A stretch of DNA of 20,000 nt from Trichoplax sp. H2. Its lineage: Eukaryota. Location of the stretch: the NCBI GenBank assembly GCA_003344405.1, contig NOWV01000207.1:108810-128809 (forward strand). The letters are read 5' to 3'. The stretch's first letter is position 1. Each line of letters opens with the position of its first letter. Positions 1 to 12,700 of the stretch are shown here, piece after piece. The position numbers and the translations under genes were made by a program. Below the pieces are notes generated by a model. It searched no databases, was not told where the DNA came from, and saw only the letters and a list, made by a program, of their open reading frames with translations.

Positions 1-3000
1 TACATATGTTAAGCCCAAATTTGCTGTTTTGATAACATACATTTTTGTACAAGAAGATAGTAACAAGATATTTTTCGAAAATAACTCTGAAATAGGATAA
101 TTTCCACTTATTAAATAATTTAGATTACAAATCTAGTATCACTGTGCTATTGCTATCTTGTAAGCTTGATCCGAAGATATATTGACAAAAAGCCTTTATT
201 ACTTCCATGATAAATTATAATTTTATGCACATCAGATTTAGTACGTATCGTAATCACTTTGTACTTAAAATTGGAATCGAATTATATTCAGCTATTAAAT
301 CATGAAGTTTATACGATGATGCTAAATTTGGGCTTTTAAATTCCGTCATTTCAACTAAGTTAACAATTATGCAATGAAAATGTTGCCCACAGATAATTTC
401 ATGAAGTAGAAATGTTTGGCATTATTGGTAGCAATTATCTCTCAGCTTGTACCGTTCCGGTATTTGCTTGACTAAAAATAAGCTAACGCATAGTTTTCGG
501 TTTAATATTGAAATCATATGCAATCACAGTTTATGACTGTTGCAATAGTGAAAGATCTGCAATCTGTAAGTACCATAGATATATCGGATGTACAAATGCA
601 GAAGCGAGGTGTCATAAATACCTATTTCCACTTCGATTATCAAGAAACATTAAGCAAAGATAAACTTATAGCGTTAACCTTTAAGAAATTGGCGTGTTAG
701 ACGTAATATGGAAAGAGGAGTAATCATTCAAATTTGCATGAAATATGATGGTACAGCGGGTGACGTAATCAGTTTAGCTACAGAAAACTGGATAGGCAGT
801 TTGCCTCCAGCATTCTTCCCATCTCTTACGCTGAAAAGTTTTTAAATTTTTTCTGAATAGGTCTATTTTACGCTGCTGATCAGGAAATCCCTTTAACAAT
901 TCCTATAGTAATGTGTTGAAATTGCATTAAATTGATGACACGGTGAATACAAATTAAATCATTGAAACAGACCTGCATCTGCAGGCATAATTCTTGCTCG
1001 TTTTGAAATATCATTCCATTTTCTTCATGTTTGACGAGTTCATGCAAGCTGCAATTGTTGGTAAATATATTCTATAAGCATATAAATCAACTTATCCGTT
1101 CCCCTTAAAAAATTAGCATTGCCAATGAACTCGAGGTAGCTAAAAAAAAAGCACCCTCAGGCAATTACAACTCATCCGGGTATAACTAACCAATCAAAAC
1201 TGATAGCACAAACTGGCAATCCGCAGCCAAACATATCGACAACCTACAGTAGACAAGAAGAAGGAATTAAGCTAACGTTGACAGACTACCAGTTGGAAAT
1301 ACGATAACTCTAGCATAAGAAAGTCACAGAAATGATCACCTTCATAGGCAGATCCAAACCGGAAGAAGATTTATGCAGACATACACCTAAATCGGCAGCA
1401 CCTGTGTGTAGATAGCAACAATACTATCTAAGCATAACAGACCACGACAGTACACGAGTAACTGAAATGATTGTGATTATTATTGAGTATTCTCCAATTT
1501 GCATGTCTACTGTATGCCACATAAAATAGTATCTATTGCCATAACCATCCGAACTAACAGCGTAAATATTGAGTCTCATAATCAGCCAAATTCATTATAT
1601 CAGCAAGGGTAAATCAAACCTAAGATCTTAGGATAGTCTTCTGCTTTCAACCAAGGGGTACATATGGATATGCATTTAAAAGATTTCTTTTGAATCAATT
1701 CTTGGTAATATTCTTTCAGTGGGCCTTTACCTATTCATTAAATTGTAGCTATTAGAACCAAAGCGAAATTGATTACGTCAAAATTAATAACTGTTGTTTA
1801 TGTACAGTAGTTTAGACCTGTTATTACGCAAATTAAGCGCGGGTACTTTTTGCTATTACGCAAATTGTTAACCAAATTTTCGTATCCTAATTCGCAAACG
1901 AAATAAAGTTTATTTTATCATGCGCCAATAACGTAGACTTTCCAAGTATAGGTTACTAGCAGAAAATTTTTGATGTACTAAGGTAGAAATGATACGATAC
2001 AAGCACTACTACTTGTAAATAGTCTACCAAGTACCTTCTAGTGCATTCAATAGTATAGAAAAGTCTTCATCCTCTGAAATAGTTGAATATTTTATGAATT
2101 CGATATTGTCATATGTGCAAAATGATCCTAGTGATTACTTGGCTATTGATTTCTTACCCGTCCAGCTAGTACTACTGATAAGAAGAGCTGGTCTATCTGC
2201 CTTATATTTGATCGTTTCTCCATCTTTGTAAGTAAATGCTGTATCTTGTGAATTGCTACGTCATCAAGAAATTTAAAGGTGGTTACTTAGCGTCAACATG
2301 GGTTTTTCAAATAAAATAATTAGAATAATGTTGTTTCATCCATTGAGAAAATATCCTAAATCCAACCTAGAATCGCCTCGAAATATTTCATATTCGTTGG
2401 CCAAGACTGAAATTATCTAGTCAATTCATAATTATTATAATGTAGAGTAGTTTTAGTCCCATCATCAGTCAATGTCCTTGTAATATTTTACATCATTTCT
2501 ATCATAGCAACATTTACTGTTTGGCATACCTTATGCTTACTTTCTAAATCCAATGATTTGAACATAGCCGGAGGTCGATCGTACAGTGTAAATGCTCTAC
2601 TCAATTTAGTACAAAATGAATATTTTTAATCATACTTGGTTACAAATATGGAAAAACATTTAACTTCATTATAATAATCTTCGATGATCCAAACAGGACT
2701 CATACATGTATTGCAATATGCAGCAATTAGATCAACAGATTTAACGGCTATACGAATGCCTTACTTGATCGACCAATTTTTTTGCAAGTCATCGCGCATA
2801 GCATTGGTAACGCAAAAATTGGCATCTGATAATCTCCCAAAGAACCTTTCATACCTATCATTGATGTTATGTTTGGATAAGAGCATTGAAGTAGATTTGA
2901 ATCTGATCAAATATTGCACCGACGCGTTTATATTAGGTTCAACTATTACTTACCACTTTGATAGTCGTACAAGTATATGTTGTTTCCCTAACGTCAAGCC

Positions 3001-3700
3001 TAGAATTGTGTATCCGTAGTTATGCCAATCAATAACCAACTTACTACCTCTTAGTCTACAAACAAACCAAGCAACAGCAATCGTTGGGAAAGCAGGTGGG
3101 TTCTAATATTGAAATACAAAAGTCATCAAGATATTACTTCTCTTTCAATTATGATTATTGTTCTTGTGTCATCATCCTAGTTTTACAGTACAAATAGAAA
3201 ATTAGTATAAAAGGGAAACACTTGGCTTAACCTGAAGTAATAGAAAATCAGGCTTTGATATTCTAAACATAAGGTATATGGACAGTTGTAGTACAAGGTA
3301 AATGGCTTTCATCAAGTAGCGCAAAAGTCCTGGAAGGCCTAAATTAAATAGATGGATCATGTTACTATAGCATTATTTGATGTACTGATGAAGGATTGAT
3401 AGCTATATTTAGCGGATTTATTAAGGATAAGTGCATGGCTTGTTTATTGTCTGATCTCTTGATCCGATGACGTTATTGACTATTCATGTCCTATACAAAA
3501 CTAAAGCCAAATCACTAATAGCAATCAACTTTATGGTTTCCTAACCGTTTAGACTTGTTGGAGGCTGCATGGCATGAATCTTGATGTTGGTTTGATCGAT
3601 TAGAGCATCATGAGGTTTAGTTCCTATAACACACATTGTATTTGTATCATATTGAAGGAAAAATTCGGATATACCTTTCAATGTTAAAAGACTAGTAAGC

Positions 3701-4499
3701 AATAGCCGAGAACATCCCTTTGCTCAACTCTATCGACAGTCTAATGGCAAGTCTGCACCTTTATTTAGTGCTCTACTAGTCTCCTATCGGTTGCAATGCT
3801 CTACAAGAGGCAAACAGTGTCAATGATCGTACGTTCTTCAGCATCGCTGCGCTCATTACAGTAACAAGATATTACAAACGATTAGAAAATTACATGGAAT
3901 AGCCGAGAACATCTCTTTGCTCAACTCTATCAACAGTCTAATGGCAAGTCTGCACCTTTATTTAGTGCTCTACTAGTCTCCTATCGGTTGCAATGCTCCA
4001 TAATAGGCAAATAGTGTCAATGATCGTACGTTCTTCAGCATCGCTGCACTCATTACAGTAACAAGATATTACAAACGATTTGAAAATTATATGGAATAGC
4101 CGAGAACATCTCTTTGCTCAACTCTATCGACAGTCTAATGGCAAGTCTGCACCTTTATTTAGTGCTCTACTAGTCTCCTATCGGTTGCAATGCTCTACAA
4201 GAGGCAAATAGTGTCAATGATCGATCATACGTTCTTCAGCATCGCTGCACTCATTACAGTAACAAGATATTACAAACGATTTGAAAATTACATGGAATAG
4301 CCGAGAACATCTCTTTGCTCAACTCTATCAACAGTCTAATGGCAAGTCTGCACCTTTATTTAGTGCTCTACTAGTCTCCTAGGAGTCCTATCGGTTGCAT
4401 TGCTCTACAAGAGGCAAATAGTGTCAATGATCGTACGTTCTTCAGCATCGCTGCACTCATTATAGTAACAAGACATGACAAACGATTTGAAAATTGCAT
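3701..4499. repeat. Tandem repeat, 4 copies of a ~197-bp unit
   Basis: Units begin AATAGCCGAGAACATC at 3701, 3898, 4095 and 4296. Copies are nearly identical, with a 4-nt insertion in copy 3 and an ~8-nt insertion in copy 4. The unit length is not a multiple of 3 and the ORF track has no ORF here. Confidence 0.95.
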
Positions 4500-5239
4500 A
4501 TCATTTGTCATATGGATTAGATGCTATCCTGAATTCCTAATGATCGATTTATGACTTGAATCATTCAATCAATCACTGTATTATTGTAACCACCTGCATA
4601 TCCAACCAGGTCGACTTTCAATCCAGCCTTGGCTAACGATATGCTATGATACTGCATACGAGGGCTCCTACCAATATCGCCAAGTACAAGAACACAAATG
4701 TTCCTATCCATCTCTCTTTCTTCTACAAGCAGATGTATGAATTGCGGGATATTCTATGGCCTCTAGCTTTTAATGCAGAATTGGCAACCAAGTATAAAAG
4801 TAGTTTAGCAACCAGCAGCAGCAACTGTCCAAGCTAAAGGAAATCCTTCGACTACCAGGCTCTACTTTTTGTAGTCCATGGTAACCCATACCATCCCTAG
4901 CATGACTGCTGGAACTCCATACTGTATCTGTTCAGAAGAACACTGTTTGCAACAGTATTCTCGATGATTGAGGGTAGCCATACTGTTAGCTATCCTCTAT
5001 CGGCACTGTATTGGACAGTAAAATTTTCTACTCATGTAGATTGAGAATTTGCTGCCATTCCGTTGGCTAAAACTTGATTCTATCCAGTATTTCTTCTACT
5101 GTAGTGAGCTACAAATACTTTCTGCCAGTCTTGGCTAACCTTGTCTTGATGGAAAGGATAGAATGCGGTGAAATTGGCCTGAAAACCGGACTGAATGATC
5201 AACTACACCAGTTGCAATAGATGCCAATACCATGTCAAT

Positions 5240-5732
5240 ACTGCAATTTTCCAAGCTATGGCCGTGTTGGTTATCAAGTTGGATCAATCTTTTAACCATA
5301 GAGGTATTTTTCACTTACTATAATTTTCCAAGCTATGGCCATGTTAGTTATCAAGTTGGATCTATGTTGTTGATCCATGTTGGTTATCAAGTCGGATCTA
5401 TGTTGTTGATCCATGTTGGTTGTCAAGTTGGATCAATCTTTTAACCATAGAAGTATTTTTTTACTTACTGCAATTTTCCAAGCTATGGCCATGTTGGTTA
5501 TCAAGTTGGATCTATGTTGTTGATCCATGTTGGTTATCAAGTCGGATCTATGTTGTTGATCCATGTTGGTTGTCAAGTTGGATCAATCTTTTAACCATAG
5601 AAGTATTTTTTCACTTACTGCAATTTTCCAAGCTATGGCCATGTTGGTTATCAAGTTGGATCTATGTTGTTGATCCATGTTGGTTATCAAGTCGGATCTA
5701 TGTTGTTGATCCATGTTGACTATCAAGTTGGA
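5240..5732. repeat. Higher-order minisatellite: 150-bp units built from a 36-bp subunit
   Basis: ACT(GC/AT)AATTTTCCAAGCTATGGCC occurs at 5240, 5317, 5467 and 5617. The internal subunit CCATGTTGGTTATCAAGT(T/C)GGATCTATGTTGTTGAT (36 bp) repeats within each unit. Confidence 0.93.
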
Positions 5733-6909
5733 TACTACGTTAGTCAACAGTGCCTTTATTCATCGACTATAACGATTAGATTGCCGAACGATGCTTACTA
5801 ACTACTCAACAGAAATCCGATTCAACTTAATGAAGAGAGAGAGATCTTGACTAACCATGATCGGTCCAATGAAACTTCACGCTTTCTTCCTTCCTTCCAT
5901 TTTGAAGCCATGTGGTGAAAATCCATTGACTTGCTGAATTGTAAGTCAATTACTTTATTGAATGAATATGAATCAGAAGCAAGACTAACTGAGTTGATAT
6001 CTCGATCAATTTGTCTTACAGATTCTTGGATTTAATTCGCCCAAAGATTCTTTTGAAAATACTAACTAACATCGTCGTAAATGTTGGCATAACAAGCCTG
6101 GAGGAGGAAGATTATGCCGACATGTTAGTAATGATGCTTTAGGGCTAAACTACCACTCACTAAAGGAACTTCTGAAAGGCAAAGTATCCTTTTTCAATAG
6201 GTAAGTGTTTATTTAAATATCACAGCAGTAGCTAGCAGTGTGGAGAGAGTAGACATTTCTATTAATACGGTACTATCATCATCATTGATACAGTAGAAAA
6301 TTCCCTCATGAAATGATTGACACAGGTCCATTCGTTCAAAGTAAGTGAGACAAGCTTGAACTCGATAGTCAATCTACTGTCTTGGCATCATCTTGCAGTG
6401 TAATGCAAGATGATTTTCGACATCATTCACAGTACAGTACATCTGTCTACAGTTAACTAAGACCTCATTAAGCCATCAATCGATCATAATTCGTCTCCAT
6501 ATTGACCAATAGCAACATGATCAATGACAAGCAATGATTGCTTTCATGTATCATGCCGATGCGATTTCACTTTTAAGTTAATTCCGTTGGTAACTTTGTT
6601 TCACGGTTCAACTGGAAAATGAATTTACCTACCTTCAAGTATGTTATAAGCCAGCTGATGAATGGCCAAGATTTGCACCAAGCATGATTTACAGGCTTAA
6701 TTGGGTTATATATACAGTATACCCATCATAAGGTAAATGCAAGTTAACAAATGGACGTACAATTTCAAATTGATCAACTATGCAATTGACAAGTGTACAT
6801 ATAAAACGTTTGTTATGCAATGTCTAATGGTTGAAATATTACCTACGAGCTCGTGCGATCCTTCAGCCCATGAACGATGATAATATAATAAATTATCGAC
6901 ATAGACGAA

Positions 6910-8280
6910 TAGCTTTAACTGATGAAATGAACTTTGGTAACAATTTTGTAAGCTACTCTAAGTTACTATTGATTGAAATGGCATTGGCGGCTTCGTGCTT
7001 GGAATGTAGATACACGATTTTTATGTTTTCAATAGTCATATATTTTTAACTGTCATCAATCACAGACATTGCATTGAGTTATAATAACAATAATAACATG
7101 CAGGTTTCATTATTCTACTGTAGTAAACTGGAATAATGTGGCAAGATGGCTGTAAACTATTTTAAAAGTTTAATTTACTACAATACAATTAACAATTAGA
7201 ACATGTTTGCTGTACAATGACTCATTTCTGGAAAATAAAACTGACAGGATATACAATCCTTTAGCTGATGAATCACATTGGCAGAACAGTACGAAGACAT
7301 ATGGATATTTTTTACGCATTAAAAGAGACTTCTCCACAAACTAGTAAGCCTTTAAGTAACTATTTTCTGCATGATTACTGGCTGCCTGATGCTCGTATTC
7401 CAATTTTATGTTTTATTAGTTATGGATTTCAAGTGTTTTATCTCATAGACATTGCATTGTACGTGTTACTATTCCTTACAGATTTCGTTTATCCTACTGT
7501 GCTAACTCTGAATAATGTTGCCAAAAAAGTTAAAAGTTTAATTTATTAACAATACAATTTGCAAGTAGAACAACCTTGGCTGTGCAATGGCCAACTTAAA
7601 AAAATAAGTAATACTTACAAGATCCACGTACGAACCTTTAGCGGATAAATCAAGCATGCCTGACACAGATGGATAGTTTTAACTACTGCAATCGAATGAG
7701 ACTTCTTCAACAAACTTGTAAGCCAACAAGTTATTGCTGTTTGTAAGCTCGTTAGCTGCCTTATGCTCGAAACGCTGACGTATGATTCTATGTAGATAGT
7801 TTTTATGTATGAGTAGTCCATTTGTTATAATTTATTGATATTTGCTTAGACGTATTATAATGAGAGACAGGTTTCGTTATCCTACTATGCCAAAGTAGAA
7901 TAAAGTTGCAAGTAATTAAAGTTTAATTTATTCTGATCCTTTAGCTGATGAATCACATTTGCAAAATATGACTGACACTAATGGGTAGTGTTAACGACCC
8001 AAAAGAGATTCCTACAACAAACTTGTAAGCTACTAGCAGAGAATTTCTGGTAAAAATCCCTGCTGCTAAGTTTTTACTTTTTGTGAGGCCGTTGGCTGCT
8101 CGTACTTGGAATATCAATTTATGATATTCAATTTTAAAAGGTGGGTATTTTACTTGCAATAAGTGGTGGATATTACGAATACTGTACATAATAGCATACT
8201 GGTTTCAATATATTACTGTACTAAATTCGAAGAATGTGAGATGGCTGGAAAATACTTGAAAATTCAAATTTAATTATTAA
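6910..8280. repeat. Old degenerate tandem array, ~4 copies of 300-380 bp
   Basis: Recurring blocks in the same order: CCTTTAGCTGATGAATCAC-like (~6912, 7258, 7635, 7938), ACAAACTTGTAAGC-like (~6940, 7336, 7710, 8017), GGTTTCGTTATCCTACT-like and AAAGTTTAATTTA-like. Boundaries are approximate. Confidence 0.75.
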
Positions 8281-9449
8281 TTTATTATTATTCGTAAACG
8301 CTTGCAAAACTGCTTTGTAATAACTAATGCGGAAAAATATGACTTATCGATGTGCTATTATGAATTTACTACACTGCTCAATCTTTTTACTACTAAGCTT
8401 ACATTGCTGTTAGGCTTGATTACCTGCATTATGATGTTTATAAACACTAATTAATACTTGTATAATATGTTATAACGCTACTTTGCGAGTTAGTGCACTA
8501 TATGTAATCTCTACTTAAGTCTATCATCATCTGACTGATCCTCGTATATTGTAGCCATTATGAATACAAGCACAGAAAATATGTTATTACCGATTCCTTT
8601 GTGCAATGTAGGAATTTCCGACAGTCTGCATGGGTGTAAGATAGATCTGATTTGCAACAGATTAATACTTATTTCATTATTAAAGTAATATTAGTAAGGT
8701 AAGACAACGTAACTGCAGCAAAACTATGAAACAGAAATTGTGGATCACTTTATAAGCTAATAAATCTAGAGAGTGAGATTATATGATAGCATGTATATAC
8801 ATTTTTAATACTATTGGACAATGTATAACGCTGTGTAAACTGACGACAATTTCTAAAATCAAGAATTTTAGTTCAAATCAGTATTAACTAGAAATGATGG
8901 TCTAGTATCCACTTGCAAAATTATCATAGGTCGATAGGCAACAAAGCCTTTATTCCTTGTTTAGAGCTATTAGTTAGGACACGCGTAAAGTAATCTGCTG
9001 CACCAGTACAAATTGATCTATGCTGAAGTTATATATACAGTATATAAAATATGTTACACGATGCAAAGTTAAAACTACTAAAGTTAAGCAATGTAAATTC
9101 GGACGATAAATTGCTTGAGATCAATTAGACGTATTATCCAAATGCAACTTAAAACAGCTGCTGTAGTAGTTACTTCAAAACTACATTTCACAATAGCGAT
9201 AAAGTTTAAAATATCGATGCCACTTCATTACCAAAAGTAATCTTATTCGTTAATATTAGAGTCATGCAAAATTTATTTTACTGTATATTAAAATATTAGA
9301 CGATTTATTTATCAGGAGCTAAGATGTACAATGTTGTACGTGAACTATAACGAGCGAGAGATCTACTAGTATCTTAGTATAACATGTCTCCACAAAAAAA
9401 TTGAAGAAGAAATGCCCATTATTAATTATGCTTGGATCACTTATAGCCA

Positions 9450-9733
9450 TCATATGCTTCTCTTCCATCCGGCTATTTTTTCTTCCAGTTGGTCCACTAT
9501 AGAAATCTTTTTCATCTTACGTAAAGCTGCAACCACAACACAAATATCAGCATTTTGCCCGGCATTATTTTCCCACAATTTTAGAACTTTGTACACTTTA
9601 TCGTAGCGGCTCTGTTCTCTTAATTTAATTTCGTCAATTTCTGTCTCTGACAAATGCAACAAGATTCCCAAACGTAATAAATCGTCTATATGGAGTTTCT
9701 CTGCTATTATATCGAAGAACCCTGTATCCATTT
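9450..9733 (-). CDS. Terminal exon: Death domain
   Basis: FFDIIAEKLHIDDLLRLGILLHLSETEIDEIK...DKVYKVLKLWENNAGQNADICVVVAALRKMKKISIVDQLEEK fits the six-helix death-domain pattern. A phase-1 acceptor TTTTATTTTTAATATAG|AAATG precedes it. Confidence 0.88.
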
Positions 9734-12700
9734 CTATATTAAAAATAAAATGGAGAACATGAACTATTGTTCAAGTCGCCAAGGTTGTATCTGATCTAGA
9801 ATGCATGATTAGCAATGATATAGCAAATGCTTTTTCATAACAACTGTAATTTTAAAACTGATGATATTTTATAAAATGCAACCTGCTGTTAATACTACGA
9901 TTTAGGATTTTTAATTGTCGCTTTAGGTTTGATTCAATTTTATTACTATGAACTCTTCTAAAAGCTTACTGGATAAACAATCTGAACAAATTTTAAATCG
10001 GAAAATTAACTCATAAAATGATTATCTACTATTCGGATATTTCACTGGTGGTTAGCTAATCTTATAAAGCTTACTAGACAAACAATGTAGAAAAAAATTA
10101 AGATTGAATATTTTTTAATTTATAAATCATTATTTATTGTGTCAAGTAGCTTACTAGTAGCTAGAATATTCTAATTACGATCTTAAAAATTCGTTGGCGA
10201 TATCATTATCTAGTAAAACTGGATGCGATCATATCATCAGTGGCAAACGTAGCTGAAAGTATTACATCAATTGACGAGGTAAGGTATTCCTATGTTAGAA
10301 TTTATACGGAGTAATGGCTCTTAATCATATTTGAATCAATCTAAAATTGAATTACTAAATGCAATTGAGAATGATTGATAGATATCAATTCAATAGAGGT
10401 TTACCTTTATCTTTGGTATCTTTCCATCGGTCTAAAGTAGTGGAATAAAAATAGCAACAATCGATTAATAGTTGTATCGTTTAAGTAATCAATACAGTAA
10501 ATTAGTGCCCATAATTCTTGATAATAATCAACTATTGTTTACGCTATTACAAAATCACCTTATATTAAATAGTAAAATAGCTATGATAGAGTACATTTAT
10601 GCCTCTTTGCTTGCTCTAGCGTATGACTTTAGTTTATTATATCATGAAAAGTGATAATATAAGAATGAAGCTGCTGTTTATTCTCACATGCTTACCTATC
10701 CAGAATTTTTCATTATAAATCATCCAATCGTTCAAAGATTGACTCGCAAATTCCATCCTACAATGCTTACATCGAATCCAATTTTGATCTCCTTCCTTGT
10801 ATTCTTCGGTTATACTTGTTTGTGTATTACATTCACTACATTTGACGAAATATCGACAATCAGCCCCTTTAAACTTGACCATCCTTTCATTGACAGTGGA
10901 GATGAGTTTATTCTTGACAATTTCGTGTGGCCGTTTGACAAATATAGAATTTTTAACTTTATCCTTAATCAATTGACTTGTCTTGGGCTCATTTATTTTC
11001 TGATAGCAATATTGTAAACCGATGTGAGATTCCTCTTTCTTGACTACAAGGTAATGATCGTCATTTTCTAAATAATATCTGGCACATTGATAGCATAATT
11101 TTACGTCCTTATTATTCCATTCCTTTAAACAAGAAGATAATAAGCAATAATAAATTCCATCTGGAAGATATGGAATATCTGTACGCTCGTATCCGATGTA
11201 GAGCCAATCTGATTGATGACATTTTGGTAAATCAAATGGCTTAACATCATCTCGTAACAAGTATGGAACAAAGTATTGACATTCTTCTCCGTTGTCGTTC
11301 TTCTCATTTGTAATTGAACATAGAATATCATAAGCATCCATGAGTGCCAATATAGTTTGCTTACTATCGTCGTCTAAATTAAATTTATAAATAGCATGAT
11401 CAATGTAGGATCTTGATAATTTTCCTGTTGTGCTGGCTATCTCATAGTCGCGTTTTATCTGTGCACCTCCTTGTACAAAATCTTGTAATTGAATAATGGA
11501 ACGAAATATATTTAATAACCAATCGACATTAGTTATAATAATTCCGTCGTCGCCTACTTTATCACAGTAGATGACTTCTCCTAAATCGTGTAGATACATT
11601 AACATAGCGATTAATTCATCATGGTTTTCATATAATCCGTATTGTTGAGACAAGGTTACTATTTGTTGCATTGTCATAATATTATGGACTTGAGAATGTC
11701 TAATTTTATTGATAATTGAACATGCGGAATGATTGTTACTGTTAGTAGGGAGCGATTTATTTAATATTGTAGCCATGATATACCATCGAATAGGTATAGG
11801 ATTCGTAATAAATGGCAGCGATTGTACAAATGCCTTAATGATACCATGTAAACGAAGACAACATTGTTGACGCTCCTGCAGTGTCGACGGAGTACTATCA
11901 AGAGGATTGCAATTAAAAATAATACCAGAAGAATAGATATGACTGGCATAAGAAGGCATGCGAGACGTCAATGTAGACACAAATTGATTGAATCGAGTAC
12001 GTCCATCTTCTTCATTGGTAATATAATCGCCATGAGAAGCTACTAAAATAATAATAGGTAATGAATGCTGTGAAGGTGGTAAATGCTGTCCATCTTCACT
12101 TTGAATGTTGACATTGATGGTACTTTGGCTTGTATGGCCAGCTATGATTGATGTAAGCCATTCTTGCATAGCTTGTAAATACGTCGTTTTGAGTAATTGG
12201 TTGTTCCTTGTTGTTACCTTGTCGTTAATGTCTTGATTAATATTAAATACTAAAATATAAATACTATTGACGGAGATAAAGGGATAATGAGTAAGATGAT
12301 AGACGGCATGACCTGCGAAATCCCATATTTTAACATACTGATTTTTATCGTCTTTGTGTGTATTTTGATCGACGATCGACGAACAGTAATATTGATGTAA
12401 GCCTCGTTTAGACTGTGATTGAATTGGAATCTCTGTCCTTGCTATCGCTCCATCTTGCGTAATGACATCCGTTGCAGAAGAATCGACACTGTGTTGTTGC
12501 CCATTTGACACAGGTGGATTATTGGTTATAACGGGTTGATCTATTGGATCCATGTCGGTTACTTGCTGACTGAGGTTATCTTGACGATCGATACTTGTTT
12601 GGGCTAAGTGTTGTATGACTGTCTTGACTTTATCGTCTAGTATTTCAGTCCAATCACAACCCTCTAAGTTCATAACATTATAATATGCAGTCTCTACCAT

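Noticed and set aside
11..335. 12-bp inverted repeat AAGCCCAAATTT / AAATTTGGGCTT as possible MITE ends
   Set aside because: It is short and AT-rich, with no clear target-site duplication and no second copy in the window.
2500..3019. 111-aa plus ORF and scattered minus-strand splice-like motifs
   Set aside because: No coherent gene model or recognisable protein could be built.
5232..5719. Plus-strand ORFs of 70 and 99 aa
   Set aside because: They are by-products of a minisatellite with periods divisible by 3 and show no recognisable domain.
3701..5732. CRISPR-like arrays
   Set aside because: Units are repeated in full with no unique spacers, no cas genes are present, and the context is eukaryotic.
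5850..6210. Plus-strand exon-like segments with GTAAGT donors (5941, 6201) and a short match to ~17590-17620 (TTGGCA..ACAAGCCTGGAG)
   Set aside because: The frames contain stops, no family is recognisable, and the match is short enough to be chance.
12308..12325. DFAGH instead of DFAGQ as a sign of an inactive GTPase
   Set aside because: This position varies among Roc domains (LRRK2 has DFAGR), so it is not diagnostic.
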